The notes under the pieces were generated by a model. The model saw nothing but the letters and a program-made list of their open reading frames with translations, was not told the origin of the DNA and did no database searches. 60,298 bases of DNA from Spirogloea muscicola (Eukaryota): the NCBI GenBank assembly GCA_009602725.1, contig WELB01000017.1:488855-549152 (forward strand). The letters run 5' to 3'. A program made the translations under genes and the position numbers. Position 1 is the first letter of the stretch, and the number at the start of each line of letters is the position of its first letter. This document shows positions 44,146 to 56,319 of the stretch, piece after piece.

Positions 44146-44595
44146 TTGTGCTCACCCGTGGGTACTGATGTCACCTTTGGCACCTTAGAATAGGTCTCCG
44201 TATTATGTAGCCCTGTTTAGTTTGCCCTAGACTCTGCCTGAACAAGGTAGCGGCTTGAATTGGCCTCCATTTCATTTCATGCGCCCCGCGCGCCTTCTCT
44301 CTCTGTCACAAACCGTGTGCTTGCTTTGGCATCCCTCGCTTTCTCAAATAGAAACTAGACAAGAAATGCGGCCGCTGCATGAGGAGTTGCTCGGCCATAG
44401 AGAAGAAGGGCTGGCAAAGCCAACCCAACAAGAATGGACGACATCCAAAAGCCAGAAAGACGGTGCGAAAAGAAAAACTACACAACTAGACACGAGACGA
44501 TAAAGTGAATCGATGCTCTGAGAGGCCAGCCCAGAAGGTCTGAACAAGGTCCGAAAAGGCCAAAAGGCGCAAGAAGTGGCTCACCCAATGGGGGC
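44146..44595. mobile_element. Family-B 3' fragment (+ 44146-44305) and degenerate minus-strand termini
   Basis: VLTRGY* plus a UTR similar to 40416-40568; reverse-complement hairpin and terminus at about 44385-44430. Confidence 0.75.
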
Positions 44596-44834
44596 AGAAG
44601 ATGCAGATGGAATCTGTAGTACCCGCGAGTGAGCAACATCAAGTCTTAGCCAGCCAGTTGCACAGATTAGGTGTTCGTGACGGAGTCACAGGCAGTCCTG
44701 AGAGACCCGCGTGCCTTTGCCTGGTCCGAGCTCGCGGCAAGAGCACGGCGGAGCCCGCGTCGGCGCCGCAGGCAAGGCGGCGTTCGTGGCTTGTCACGCC
44801 GGAGACGGTGCGGAGCGGCGCCGAGCGACGCCGC

Positions 44835-46110
44835 ATGATGGCCGGTGCGTTCCACAAACGGCAGCGCCGGGCAGCCGCTTGCCAGGGCCGCTGTCATTTC
44901 GCCCGCGCTGTGGACCGCCCTGCAACGGTGGCCTGCGGCAGCGGTGACGGCGCCCGCTGAGGGAGCGGCTTGTGGGCAGCGGCGGCTGCGCGTGTCGTGA
45001 AGCTGCCGCCGCAGGAGCTCACGGTGGAGGCCTTCGCGCGCTACGGCCAGGTCGTTGGCCCCTCGGACGACGGCGCCGAGTTTGGCTCGCAAGATGCGAA
45101 GCTGGACCTGAGCCAAGGGACCCCTCGGTGCGTACGTCGGCCCTCTGCCGCTCCCTCAGGGCCGCTGTCTGGGCGCCACCCCATGCTGCCAGCGGTACTG
45201 CAGCTGGCTGCCAGGGGAGTCAAGGGCAGCCGGCCCGAGTTGGCTGCGTGCCTGTGGGCTACACTCCGACATCACATCCGTGGCCTCAGTGCTGTCGCAT
45301 CACTGCGGCAGTGGTATTGTCAACAAGGCCACTCATCTTGAAGGGCATCTAATGGCTCAACGACTGTGCGCCTTCCCTTCTGGGCTCGGCACTTTGTGCA
45401 GGTTCTATATTATGCACCTGCGAGACCGACCGCTGTCATTCGACCGCATCACGCATCACGCAAGCGTCACGCAGTGCCTCGGTAGCGTCGGCGCCAGATC
45501 GTGGTACCTGGGCGTCGCACCCCCCAGTATTGTCGCAGAGGCAGGTGTGTTGGCAGGCTGCAGGCAGCAGGAGTAATGGACTGGTGCCTCCGCAACAAGG
45601 ACACTACTTGCACAAAAAGGACCTCACTCCTGCCCAGCGCCGCGTAGGTCAGGGGGAGAGTCCAGAGCAGCACAGCTGCGGCAGTCGTCTGCCGGGCATT
45701 CGTACCTGCCACCAAAGGTGGACGATGTGGAGGTCTTCCACATAGCAGGCCCGGCCTTTGTGAAGCTCCACCCAGGGACGTGGCATGCTGGCCCGCTCTT
45801 TGGGGACGGCGAGCTTGACTTCTACAACCTGGAGCTGAGCAACACCAACGTGAGCTAAGCCCTCGCAGCTCAGCCAGCAGCTACAATCTCGGCCTGGTTG
45901 ACCAAGGTGTGCAAGCACCCATACTGAGAAAAAAATGTGGCTGGTGCATGGGGCAACTGATGGCTCCTCTTGCAGGTTGTTGACCACACAACGCACATGT
46001 TTGCTGAGGAGGATGGCATTCTCTTTGAGGTGGAGAGGAGGATCAATGGGCCTGCACCATCAGAAGAGCCTGACAGCAAGTGCATGCCCGAGGAACAGCC
46101 TGTCCAATAG
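44835..46110 (+). CDS. Ureidoglycolate lyase/hydrolase-like cupin protein, 5 exons
   Basis: LTVEAFARYGQVV..LDLSQGTPRFYIMHL..ITHHASVTQCLG..FVKLHPGTWHAGPLF..FYNLELSNTNVVDHTTH; micro first exon ATGATGGCCG followed by donor gtgcgt. Confidence 0.88.
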
Positions 46111-46424
46111 ACGAACCATTCCCAACAGAGCGAACGCGTAGCACCTGGTAGCACTGGGTATGTACTCTACAAAAATATGGTCAAGCTCCCCGCAGGACAT
46201 ATTCCAGGGGCTTGGCGGTGCTGGTGTACGACGTCTTTAGCAGCTCCTCTCTGGAGCTACCCTCATTAGGGTGTAGTGTAGTGCACACGATCTTCAGACC
46301 AGATCAGTGCTTTCTGCTGTACTGCAGCTAATCTGGAGCAGGATTGCAGGGCACTAGACCGTCCGCTGTTCAAGCATAGTACTGCAAATGTTTGGACCTT
46401 ATATGGTCTTCAGGCAAGCCTGGT

Positions 46425-47885
46425 CTATGTTGAGCAGATATCTGCCGGACCCCCTTCTGTGGCCAGTCTCGTCAGATATTGCACAATCTGGTCGTCAAGC
46501 TGGGTCAAGTAGGGTTCTAGCAGAGTTGAGAGCGTGTTGCTGTTTCTTATGATGAATTGAAGGGACGAAAACGTCCTGATCCAAGCCTGCATGGGGCCTG
46601 AATGATGTGCTTTCGATAATATCAGTATGCCTATATTTCTGGAAGAAGTGGCATATGCATGTCATGGACCACACTATATATCGAGCACCACGTGTTTACA
46701 ATACTATGCCATGCAAATAACAGAGCCATTACCATTCGCCTACCATGGATGTGTATGCAAATCAGATTCTTCTGCGGGACAGCTGTTACCTGGATCTGCT
46801 GGAGATGCCCATGCCTGCCAGTGGCGTTTCAATATGCTTTCCATCAGCTGCAACCTGTCAGCAGGATATGCATCTCCAGGAAGCAGTCACTAGTAGGATA
46901 TAGAGAAACAGCAATAGAAGCAGTGTACGGTGCCCGCAGTTACAGGGTTGCAGAGTGCCATACATTGAGAAGAAGCTATCAAAAATCTCGGCTGAGCTTT
47001 TTGTGAAAGGATCCTCATTCCGAAGACTTGGTTCTATCCTTGTCATCTGGAATGTGGCAGCTGCAAGTATCTGATGTGCAATGTCGACATTGACTGCCAT
47101 GTCTAAGAGGAGATCTTGACTCCTACCCACTCCCTCAGCCGGCTCTGATTCTAAGAGACCACTTTTTCTGGCAGCAATATCGGCTACAAGCTGAGGCACG
47201 ATGTTTGAGGGAGCTGGAGCATTGCATGGCTGCTGCTGCTGGGTCCTCTGTGAGTCCTGTCCTCCAGCTTCAATATCAGAAACATTGTGAATTCATTGCT
47301 GCTCAGTCTGCTGTGGTCCACAGGCCGGCATTGGAAATGTGGCACTAAAACACTACTCTTGCCAACTGCTAAGTCCACGCTGCAGGGGTACTTGACATTC
47401 CCTGTGTCATGATGCAAAAAACAGGGTCTCCAAGAACAAGCTGATCAGAGATCACCGCGTAGCTTGGTCCTCAGCAACAGCTTTTACCTTCCTGCGACGT
47501 TAGGCCCGAAGAAGCTCTCTGCTCACGGAGCTGAGCGCAGGCATTAAGCAGCTGCTCTTCCAGTTCACTCACGCGCTGACAGAGAATAGAGCTCACTCTG
47601 GTCAACTGTTCCTCGAGAGCTTGCACCTGCACGATGACTGATGTTAGCTTTTCCCTCCTGGCTGACCAGATCACAGGCATTGCATTACTCAGGCATACTT
47701 GCAAGTGCCGGTCTTTCATTGAAACTTGTATAACGCCTGAGCGACAATGAGCTGATGAGCTGCAGTGTGCTGCACTGACTCACCTGCTGGTGGAGCCGCT
47801 TGATCTCCTCAACCACCAGCGGCGCCGAGCGGTTAACCTTGACGATGGCGGCCGCGATGGCGAATCGGATGGCCTGCTCGGGCAT
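46425..47885 (-). CDS. PRD2: PRD2/MPS1 (MEI4-like) meiotic double-strand-break accessory protein, putative; the start may lie further upstream in the gap
   Basis: N-terminal AIRFAIAAAIVK plus coiled coil; QIL..QMTRIEPSL..EDPF..IFDSFFSMLQLMESIL..WA; terminal exon AWIRT..Y..QL. These resemble recalled plant PRD2 motifs in the same order. Confidence 0.6.
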
Positions 47886-48492
47886 GGCGCTGCCCCCGGC
47901 CGCCGGGAGGAGCGACTGGAAGGCGCCGGGGGCGGCGTCAGCGGCGCAGCCGCCGCCGCCGCTGGACGCCTGCTGCGAGTCGGCCGCCAGCGCCAGCACC
48001 CGCGNNNNNNNNNNNNNNNNNNNNNNNNNNNNNNNNNNNNNNNNNNNNNNNNNNNNNNNNNNNNNNNNNNNNNNNNNNNNNNNNNNNNNNNNNNNNNNNN
48101 NNNNNNNNNNNNNNNNNNNNNNNNNNNNNNNNNNNNNNNNNNNNNNNNNNNNNNNNNNNNNNNNNNNNNNNNNNNNNNNNNNNNNNNNNNNNNNNNNNNN
48201 NNNNNNNNNNNNNNNNNNNNNNNNNNNNNNNNNNNNNNNNNNNNNNNNNNNNNNNNNNNNNNNNNNNNNNNNNNNNNNNNNNNNNNNNNNNNNNNNNNNN
48301 NNNNNNNNNNNNNNNNNNNNNNNNNNNNNNNNNNNNNNNNNNNNNNNNNNNNNNNNNNNNNNNNNNNNNNNNNNNNNNNNNNNNNNNNNNNNNNNNNNNN
48401 NNNNNNNNNNNNNNNNNNNNNNNNNNNNNNNNNNNNNNNNNNNNNNNNNNNNNNNNNNNNNNNNNNNNNNNNNNNNNNNNNNNNNNNNNNNG

Positions 48493-48622
48493 ACATCTAG
48501 TATTCAGGCATCGATTAGCGACCTTCATGTTTTGACCCGCGGTTACTGAGCGGGTCAATCTGCTGTAGGTTATGTAGGTCTTGAGATGTGCTTGCCTTGT
48601 ACTTGGCCATTTGGCCTTCGTT
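48493..48622 (+). mobile_element. Family-C CRE-like 3' end, probably in the first intron or 5' region of APK
   Basis: SDLHVLTRGY* plus the same UTR as 2901-2975. Confidence 0.8.
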
Positions 48623-48690
48623 TGTGTCAAATGCACGAAATCTGACTGTGAAGGACCTCACTGCTTTGTGGTCGTCGCCACTGCCGACAG

Positions 48691-50226
48691 GCTGAACGCG
48701 GCACAGACCTCCGCCGCCGCGCAGTCAGGGCTGTGGTCAAGGCTCGCGAATGCAGGGCTGGATGGAAGCCCTGGACCAGGCCTGGAACTGAAGCTTGCCC
48801 TCTGGCGGTGTCCCCAGCCGCTTGCTGCGGCGGCGGCGGCGGCGGCGGCATCGGCGCTGCGAGAAGGCGAGGGCGGCGCCGCCGCCGCCGCCGACGCCGC
48901 CGCCGCGCAGCCTGCAGTGTACACGGGTGAGCCCCTTTGCCGGCGCGCCGTCCAGGTCCCGCCTCGGCGATCCTCCGCCAGACACGCGCGCCTTCCGCGG
49001 GCCAGGGCCATGAGCTTCGCGAGGCCTGTGCGTGTACGCCTCGGCTTCCGTCTGGCCGTCACGGAACTCCGCCGCCGCCGCCGCCGCCGCCGCCGACGCA
49101 GCCGTCGCCGCCATGGCTGCCGTGTGCAGTGGGGCGGTCGACCAACGTGCAATGGCAAGCTGGGTCCGTCGGGCCGGAGGAGCGGCAGCGCGTGCTCGGC
49201 CAGAGGGGGTGCGTCGTGTGGATGACCGGCATCAGCGGCTCCGGCAAGTCCACGCTCGCCTACGCGCTGGACCGCGCGCTCGCCGCCGCCGGCAGGGCCG
49301 CCTACGTCCTCGACGGTGACAACGTGCGCCACGGCCTCAGCTCCGACCTCGGCTTCAGGTCCGCCACCGGGCAGCGCTGCTATCTAGTCCTGGTTGCATA
49401 AGATCATGAACAGAGTTTTGCTATGTTGCAGATTCTTGCAGTCTCAAGTTTCTGCAACCCAGGAGCTTTAACTTCTACACGAGGTTCGCTTTTCAGCAGC
49501 GTGACAAGCTCGCCGGCCGAGCTGAGAGCTGAGCTTCGAGCCCTTCTGCCTTCTGGGCGCTCCCTCTCTCGGCTGCCGTGTCGCTGCGCAGCCCGGAGGA
49601 CCGGCGCGAGAACATCCGCCGCGTTGCGGAGGTCGCGAGGCTCTTCGCTGACGCCAACATCATCACCATTGTGAGCTTCATCTCGCCGTACAGGTGAGCA
49701 AGTGCTGCTGCCGCTGCTGCTGCGGCTGCCTTGAGCACCGCTGTGCTCTCGGTGCTCCCCTGGAAGCCGCCAGCCGATTCTTTCATATCGAACAACATCG
49801 TACGCCGCCCAGGCGGGATCGGGAGTTTGCCCGCGCGCTCATTCCTCCGGGCTCGTTCGTGGAGGTGTACATGCGCATCCCGCTGGCGGTGTGTGAGCGC
49901 CGCGATCCCAAAGGCCTCTACAAGCTCGCGCGTGCTGGCAAGCTCAAAGCTTTCACGGGTATGCATCGCCAGGCCAAGCGACTCGCCTTGACCTCGTCAG
50001 GAAGGGGTACTCGTGGCCGCTGACGGCAAGCTGCAGTCCACCCTCTGAGACTGCGAACAGCGCGACGTTGCCAGGTATCGACGACCCATATGAGGAGCCA
50101 GAGGCGCCTGAGATTGTGATGGAGGTTGCGTGCAATGATGGCGTGCTCAGGCCGCCAGAGCTTATGGCCCAGCATCTGCTGGACTACCTTGCCAATAAGG
50201 GCTTCCTCTCCGGGCCCACAGCGTGA
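48691..50226 (+). CDS. APK: Adenylyl-sulfate (APS) kinase; start probably in the N gap
   Basis: [22 protein letters not shown] (P-loop), [53 protein letters not shown]. Confidence 0.95.
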
Positions 50227-51365
50227 CTGCGAGCCACCCCACTTCCTTGCAAGTCTACTGCAGCTCTGCGACTGTTGAAAAGAACAAATTGCCCTGACAT
50301 CATTCTTTGAGATTCTTTACTGCAAGATACCTGCTTATCACATATGCAAGGCACAAGTTGTAGAAAGGTAATGAGGTTTAGCTCAACGAGAAGCGCACTT
50401 GTTTGCATATGACAGATTAAAAAAGTAATCTGATATTCAGTTTGTCGTTCTGAAAGCAAGGCCTATCTATCAAGTAGCCTCCAGAGCTAGAAGTGATAGG
50501 AGACTTACCATAGGTATGGCTATCAAGCTTCAGCTTGATGCATCTCTGGATCTGCCAATATTGGCTCTTTCATTACTATAGAGCAAACCTCACCGAGAGT
50601 CTGAATCAGTAACCCGTCAAGACCTCCAAGCCTGCGGTGTAGCTGGCATGCATCATTCTCAAAATTTGGACAGATGAAGCAGACTCATGTTTCAGCATAT
50701 TCAGCATTTAAGAAATCACGAGAAAGTACTGTTGATTGAGATGGTCGAGCGGCCATGCCTAGAGTGCAGCTAATATTGCTACTTGAGGATCTGGCACCAT
50801 GGTTTTGCACATCCCTCCAACAGCGACAGCGGAGTCCAGCTTTCTCCACATCGCAGCTAGAAGATAGCAATGAAAGAATGGGCACGATGCTAGGCCGGCC
50901 CTTATTTTGAGCGTGTTAATGACGACCAATGTGATCGAGTCAATCTTGCCCAATTAGCAATGATGTGCTCTCAGCTCAATAAATGTTATTGCTCTAAGTT
51001 GGTTGCTGAGTGTTGCCTGACTGCAGCAACACATTGATGTTGGAGGCAGCGCACAGTGATGGCAGAAGCTGTGCCACAGTGCAGCCGCAAATAAATGGGG
51101 GAACTTGGTGGTGACGCTGAAAATACTGAGAATATACGAAGGTGGGAGAGTGGGGGAAATCAAGCGCAATGCACGTGAGCGGCCTGCCACTCAGCAAAGC
51201 ATAGCTGCACAAGAGGTGCTCCGGCGGCGCTGCCAGCAGGGCCACGGGAGCAGAGAAGGACCTCCACAGTGGCTGTGCTCGTCCCAATGGTAGGACGCAG
51301 AGAAGGCACTTAAACGAAGCGAGGCACTGGAAGTGGCACAGCCACGGCCCCGCGGAACCCCCTGG

Positions 51366-54300
51366 TCATAGGTGCACCGAGGGGACGCACGACATATCCA
51401 GCAGCAAGTCGGTCGTGGACGCCACCCGCTTGAGCCCTTGCGCAGGGCAAACGCGACCTGCGCGGCTGCCCCTGTGGTCGTACGCCACACGTGCACCGAC
51501 AGCCATGGCCACCGCCGCCATGCTGCTGCTGGGCCGCTGCCCACCATTGCCGGGCACAGCGGCTGCGCCCCGACGGGCCTGCTCCCTGGACATGGGCAGC
51601 CTCCTGCTGCCGCCGCCGTGCCTGTTGACAATGTCTGGCGTTGCAAACCGCTTTGAGACCTCAGCTTGCTTGCTGGATGATGCACCAAGGCCCTTGCGGT
51701 GGCTGAAGTAACCGAGGCCTGGCGGGACTGCTTTGAGGTGTGACACCTCACCATGCAGGGGCACGGCTTGGTGGCTCCCGAGCCACAGCGGCACAGAAGG
51801 CACTGCCATGCGGCCGCTGAGCGCCTCCCTGCCTCCATCGGATGTGCTCTGCTCCAGCTGACTTATCAGCCCTGGCTGCCACGCGCTCGGCCTGGACATG
51901 GAAGACCTCCTGCCAGCGTGGGTGCCTGGGTGGCCTCTGCTGTGCCGTGCTCCATATGCGTACTTGTGACCATAAGGAGCATGCTCTTCAGTCAAAGGTC
52001 GCCCATGGTATGCAGTCGCATCTGGCGGCCCAGCTTGCACATCGTCAATGGGGAACATCAGCTCCATGGGATCAACATACTGCACGTGCCCGCTCGGTAG
52101 GTCCAAATCATCCTCGTCGCTGCTGCTCCAACCGTCATCACTATTGCGCCGCTCGATGACTGAAATACCAATACCACAATTTAACAACCATAGTCAGAGC
52201 AACTTCGGCTTGTGCATTTGAAGGTAAGTCCACATTCTCACACAACAAGTTGCTACATTGAGCTGGTCGCTGCAGTAGCGAGTGCCGCATGTGGACCAAG
52301 ATTTCTTGGCAAAGCATCTCTTCTATCAAGACAAGACCCTTACTTTGGCGTGGCACAGGAACAGAGGAACTCAAATGGAAATAGAGCTCCTGCGTAGGTG
52401 CTCACCAGAGCTGGGCGAGGCGAGGTTGAAGAAGCGCGAATCCATCCTCTCAGACTCATCGCTGCTAAAGAGGGAGGATGGCAAGGAGGGCGACAAGGAA
52501 TCGTTCATACGTAGCTGTCTGTCGTCATCGTCTTCTGGGCTCTGGTGCAACAGGCCAAGTAGGGACATGGTCCCATCCTGGCCACACAGCCGCAGCAAGA
52601 GCACATCAGCGAAAGTCGCCATCATCTCCTGCAATACATGGCGTTTTCTAAATTGCAACTTGCAGCGGTGACGCATTGTTCACTCCTAGCTTTCCGCAGC
52701 ACACCACACTCTCCGCAGAGCAACTGGGTGCAGTTTGCCGTACCAGCAAATTGGCCTTCCTGTCCTGCTGAGGGTGACCCTTGAAAAGGGAGCAAAGGTT
52801 GTCGGCAGCGGCAGCCCTGCAGCTTTGACCACCTGTGCAAGCGGGAAAGTCCACTGCAGGAGAGAGGAAGCTGCCGCTGGCCAGCGCCTTGAGATGCGAG
52901 TCGCTCTGCAACAGCTTGTCGAGGTGCCTTGGCAGGATGCCCGCGGCAAAGCGGAGCACATGGCGTCTGCAAGCAGGCAACCAGGGGCCTCACCACTTAG
53001 AAAACGTATGCTTTCAATCAATTTGACTGGTCGCAATGATGACACAGGCCAGCACAATAAGAGGCCACCGCATTCTGGCTAGTAAAATAACCACTGATGT
53101 AGTTACTGGGCTTATCTTCACCTCGTGTTGGTGGCCTGGCCACTGGTGAAGTCGTCCGCGGCGTGCCAGAGGGTGTGCTTGCGCGGCTGCGGGTTTGTCT
53201 CCAGAAAGAAGAGTGGGGGCTTCACCACCTGCACCATGGGTAGGGCGCGCAACCAGACCATACTGTTACACACTCAGTGATTCAGACAAGAGAAACCAAC
53301 AACTATGGCTGCAACATCTCCTACACAATAGTATCAAAGAGCAGCACCATCTGTGAACATTGAGGGCCCACCTCGATCTCAAGGGTAGACGGGAGGTCTG
53401 ACGAGCAGTCGGCCCTCAGCGCGCAGATATCGGCCCACTGGACCTCAAGCTTGCGCTTGAGGCCACCCTCCAGGACCTCCCACACCAGCTTCCGCTTGGC
53501 ATAGTAGCACTTGGCGACCAGGTCGCCCTCGTACTTCGACACGCGCTGACAGCATCACACAATCGAACATAGATCTGTCAGAATGGCCACCAGCATGATC
53601 ACCAGCAAAGATTGCTTGCAGTCTGCGGGCTCCAAGCTAACGTGCATGCCTGCCACAGGATGGAGCAAAGCAGCAGCAACCAAGGCAGCCGCTGCTGGTT
53701 GCAGATTGCAACGAAGAAACGTTAGGTGACACGGCGGCCCCAGGCAAACCAGCCCAGGCAAAGCGCCGAGCAGATGACGAGCGCAGGGTGCATAGAAGAC
53801 CTTGTAGCTGCCAATGTCCAAGCTGATGGCTGGGAAATTGGACGCCTTGAGCTTGTCATGCTGCGGCAGCGGCAGCGGCTGCATGGGCAATGGCGGCGGC
53901 GGCGGCGGCATGGGTGGCGGTGGCCGCAGAGCCGCATCCTGGCCCGGCACCCACTGCTCGGCAGCCTCCTGCCGAGGAGCATGGCCTGCTGCCACCTCCC
54001 TCGCAAGCCTCGCCGCCCTGGCCTGGGCAATGGTCTCCGTGATCAGGTCGACGAGCGACGGCGTCTTCCTGCAGCACCACCACACCGCAACGCTTGTCAG
54101 GACCCTGCATGTACAACATTACTAGAGCCTTGCTTCTACCACATTACTGTTATGTAGGAGAAAGACTGGCAAACGCAGACTGCAATGACCATAACCGCAT
54201 ACTTTATGGTCACAATTGGCACAAAAGCCACAGTTGTGCCAATCAGTTACCGAAGGGTCAGGCCAAGGGGACTGGGCTCCTCGAGGATGCCCGCCGGCCA

Positions 54301-54869
54301 CGCCGCTTCTGCTGCTGGCAGCCTGCTCGCCGCGGGGGCCTTCGTTGCACCAGTGGTGGCGGCGCCGTGCCTGGCAGGCTCCGCCGCCGCCACAAAAGCC
54401 CGTGGCGACTGGGGCGCTGCGAGCGCCGCCGCCGCCGCCGCCGCCGTCGGCGTGGCTCGGGCGGAGGCCTTGCCGTGCGGAGCCGAGCAAGGGGACCGCG
54501 GGACTGCCAGGGCCTTGGCCACCGGCGGCGTGCCAAAGATGGCAGGCAACTGCGGAGCGCCGAGGGACGGAGCGCCGTCAGAGGCGAGCCGTGGAGACGA
54601 AGCTCATGTGCTTAGCTCGTCGCCGCATGTGCAGAAGCACAGGCTGTGGCAAAGGAAGCGCCGAGAGGGGGCTTGCTACCTGAGAGGGGCTGCGAGGGGA
54701 CTCGGGCAGGCGTGTGCGCTTGCGGCTGCGGTCTTCGGCGCCGCCACGAAAGCCGCCGCCGCCTCCGCCACCGCCACCGCCGCCGCACCCGCCGCCGCCT
54801 TTCTTGCCGCCGCCACCGCCGCCGCCGCCGCCGCCGCGGGCGCAGCTCGCCACCAGCGCAGCCAGCCAT
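51366..54869 (-). CDS. Plant TRF2/HOY1 PH-like domain protein, multi-exon; start uncertain
   Basis: SPLGLTLRKTPSLVDLI, KLKASNFPA..IG, SKYEGDLVAKCYYAKRKLVWEVLEGGLKRKLEVQWADI, PLFFLETNPQPRKHTLW..DFTSGQA, RHVLRF..HLDKLLQSD. Confidence 0.88.
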
Positions 54870-55784
54870 GGAGTACGGGCGCGGCGAGGGCGGCGGGTAC
54901 GGGGAGGGCGGGTATGGCGGCCCGCCGCAGGAGCACCACCACCACCACCACGAGCGGCGCGACGAGGAGGGCTACGGCNCAGAAGGGAGAGAGAGAAGCC
55001 GCCTTGGTAGCACTTACCTTCTGCCAGGGGCGGCCCCGCGTCGAGGCGCCTCCCCCGACCTCCCTCCTCCGGTTGGGCCAAGCGCAGTTCCGTGATCTAA
55101 TCCCCGGTCGGCCGAAATCTACCTCCTTCCAGTAAGCGCCACCGTCTGGCGCCCGGCGCCGCGTGGCGGGACGGCCCGCCCTGCGGAGAAGCCCGGCGCC
55201 GGGAATCGGTGCGTAGCTAGGCGGGCGGCGAGGCCGCCGTCGGATCCCGCCGCCGGCTCGCCGATGCCGTCGATTCCCGGGGGCGCCCTCCGAGCGGCGC
55301 CATCGCCGCCGCCGGATGTGGATAGGGCCATCGGACGGTGACCGCGGCCCGCGGACCGCGGGGCCGACCCCACTGGACCTCAAGCTCCTCTGCTGTGAAT
55401 GCGCACTCCGGCCACTGGGACCGTCGCGCCCAGTGGGAGAAGCTTCGGCGGGCCCCACTGAAGGCCGTCAGTCCGGCAGTTGGATGGCCCCCCGAGGGCG
55501 CTTGCCCCCGCAGAGGACGATGCCGGTAGTCGGCGCCGCGCTCCTCGGGTGCTGCTGACGTCTTCCCGTTCCACGTGGCGGTCGGGGGACGTGGCGGCCT
55601 CGCGCAATGTGGAGCAGCCAGAGTACGCAGCTTCGTGGCAGCTTCCGATGTGGCACGCGCCCTCGCCTTTGGATGAGCAAAAGCTCCCCGCCAGACCCCC
55701 CAATCTCTACAAAGACAAAAACGATAAGACTGCTTCCAGTAGGAAATGCGTGTATATTAAGAGATGGGGAGGCCATGTGTGGCC

Positions 55785-55995
55785 AGCTTCCAGTAGAGGG
55801 CGATGGCTGAGGTTGGCCAAGCCCAGACGAAAGAATGAGCAAAAACGAGGCCTTCCTTCGAGCAGGTAGCACCTAGGAGCAAGTGCTCTCGAGCTTTGGT
55901 ACACCGCGCTGCCACACCCAACCCTGAGCGTAGACACTTCAATGTGAAGAAGCTCTCTTGAATGGGGCGCTGGCTGTGGAAGGCCAGCCCAAAAT
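55785..55995 (-). mobile_element. Degenerate CRE-like 3' UTR remnants
   Basis: cagtagagggcgatggctg matches 16394-16412; ggctgtggaaggccagcccaaaa is a reverse-complement hairpin variant. Confidence 0.55.
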
Positions 55996-56319
55996 GGATG
56001 ACCCCTCAAGGGTATCCTTGTTAGCAGGCCGGTCGTGGCTGGGTGCTATATGTCGCGGTATACCAGTTGAGTATTTGGCTCTGGCTCGCAGTATTGCCTG
56101 ATCAGTGAATCGCAAGTCAAGAAACAATACTCATATGCTGATTGCCCCCGCAAAATAGCTCATCTGCGTATATGTTAACGCCCACATATGCCTGTGGGGC
56201 ATGAATGAAGCCTTGCAAAGTCAAAAGTCGATGGTCCCTCCCACCCCTCGGCTGGCTCAATATTGATCGTCCTCTGCCGGTGGGAGAGCTGTTGTGGTGG
56301 CAAAGCGACCTTCGATGCA

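Noticed and set aside
44835..50226. Recent bacterial HGT or contamination (cupin lyase, APS kinase)
   Set aside because: Both have canonical introns and plant-type sequence features.
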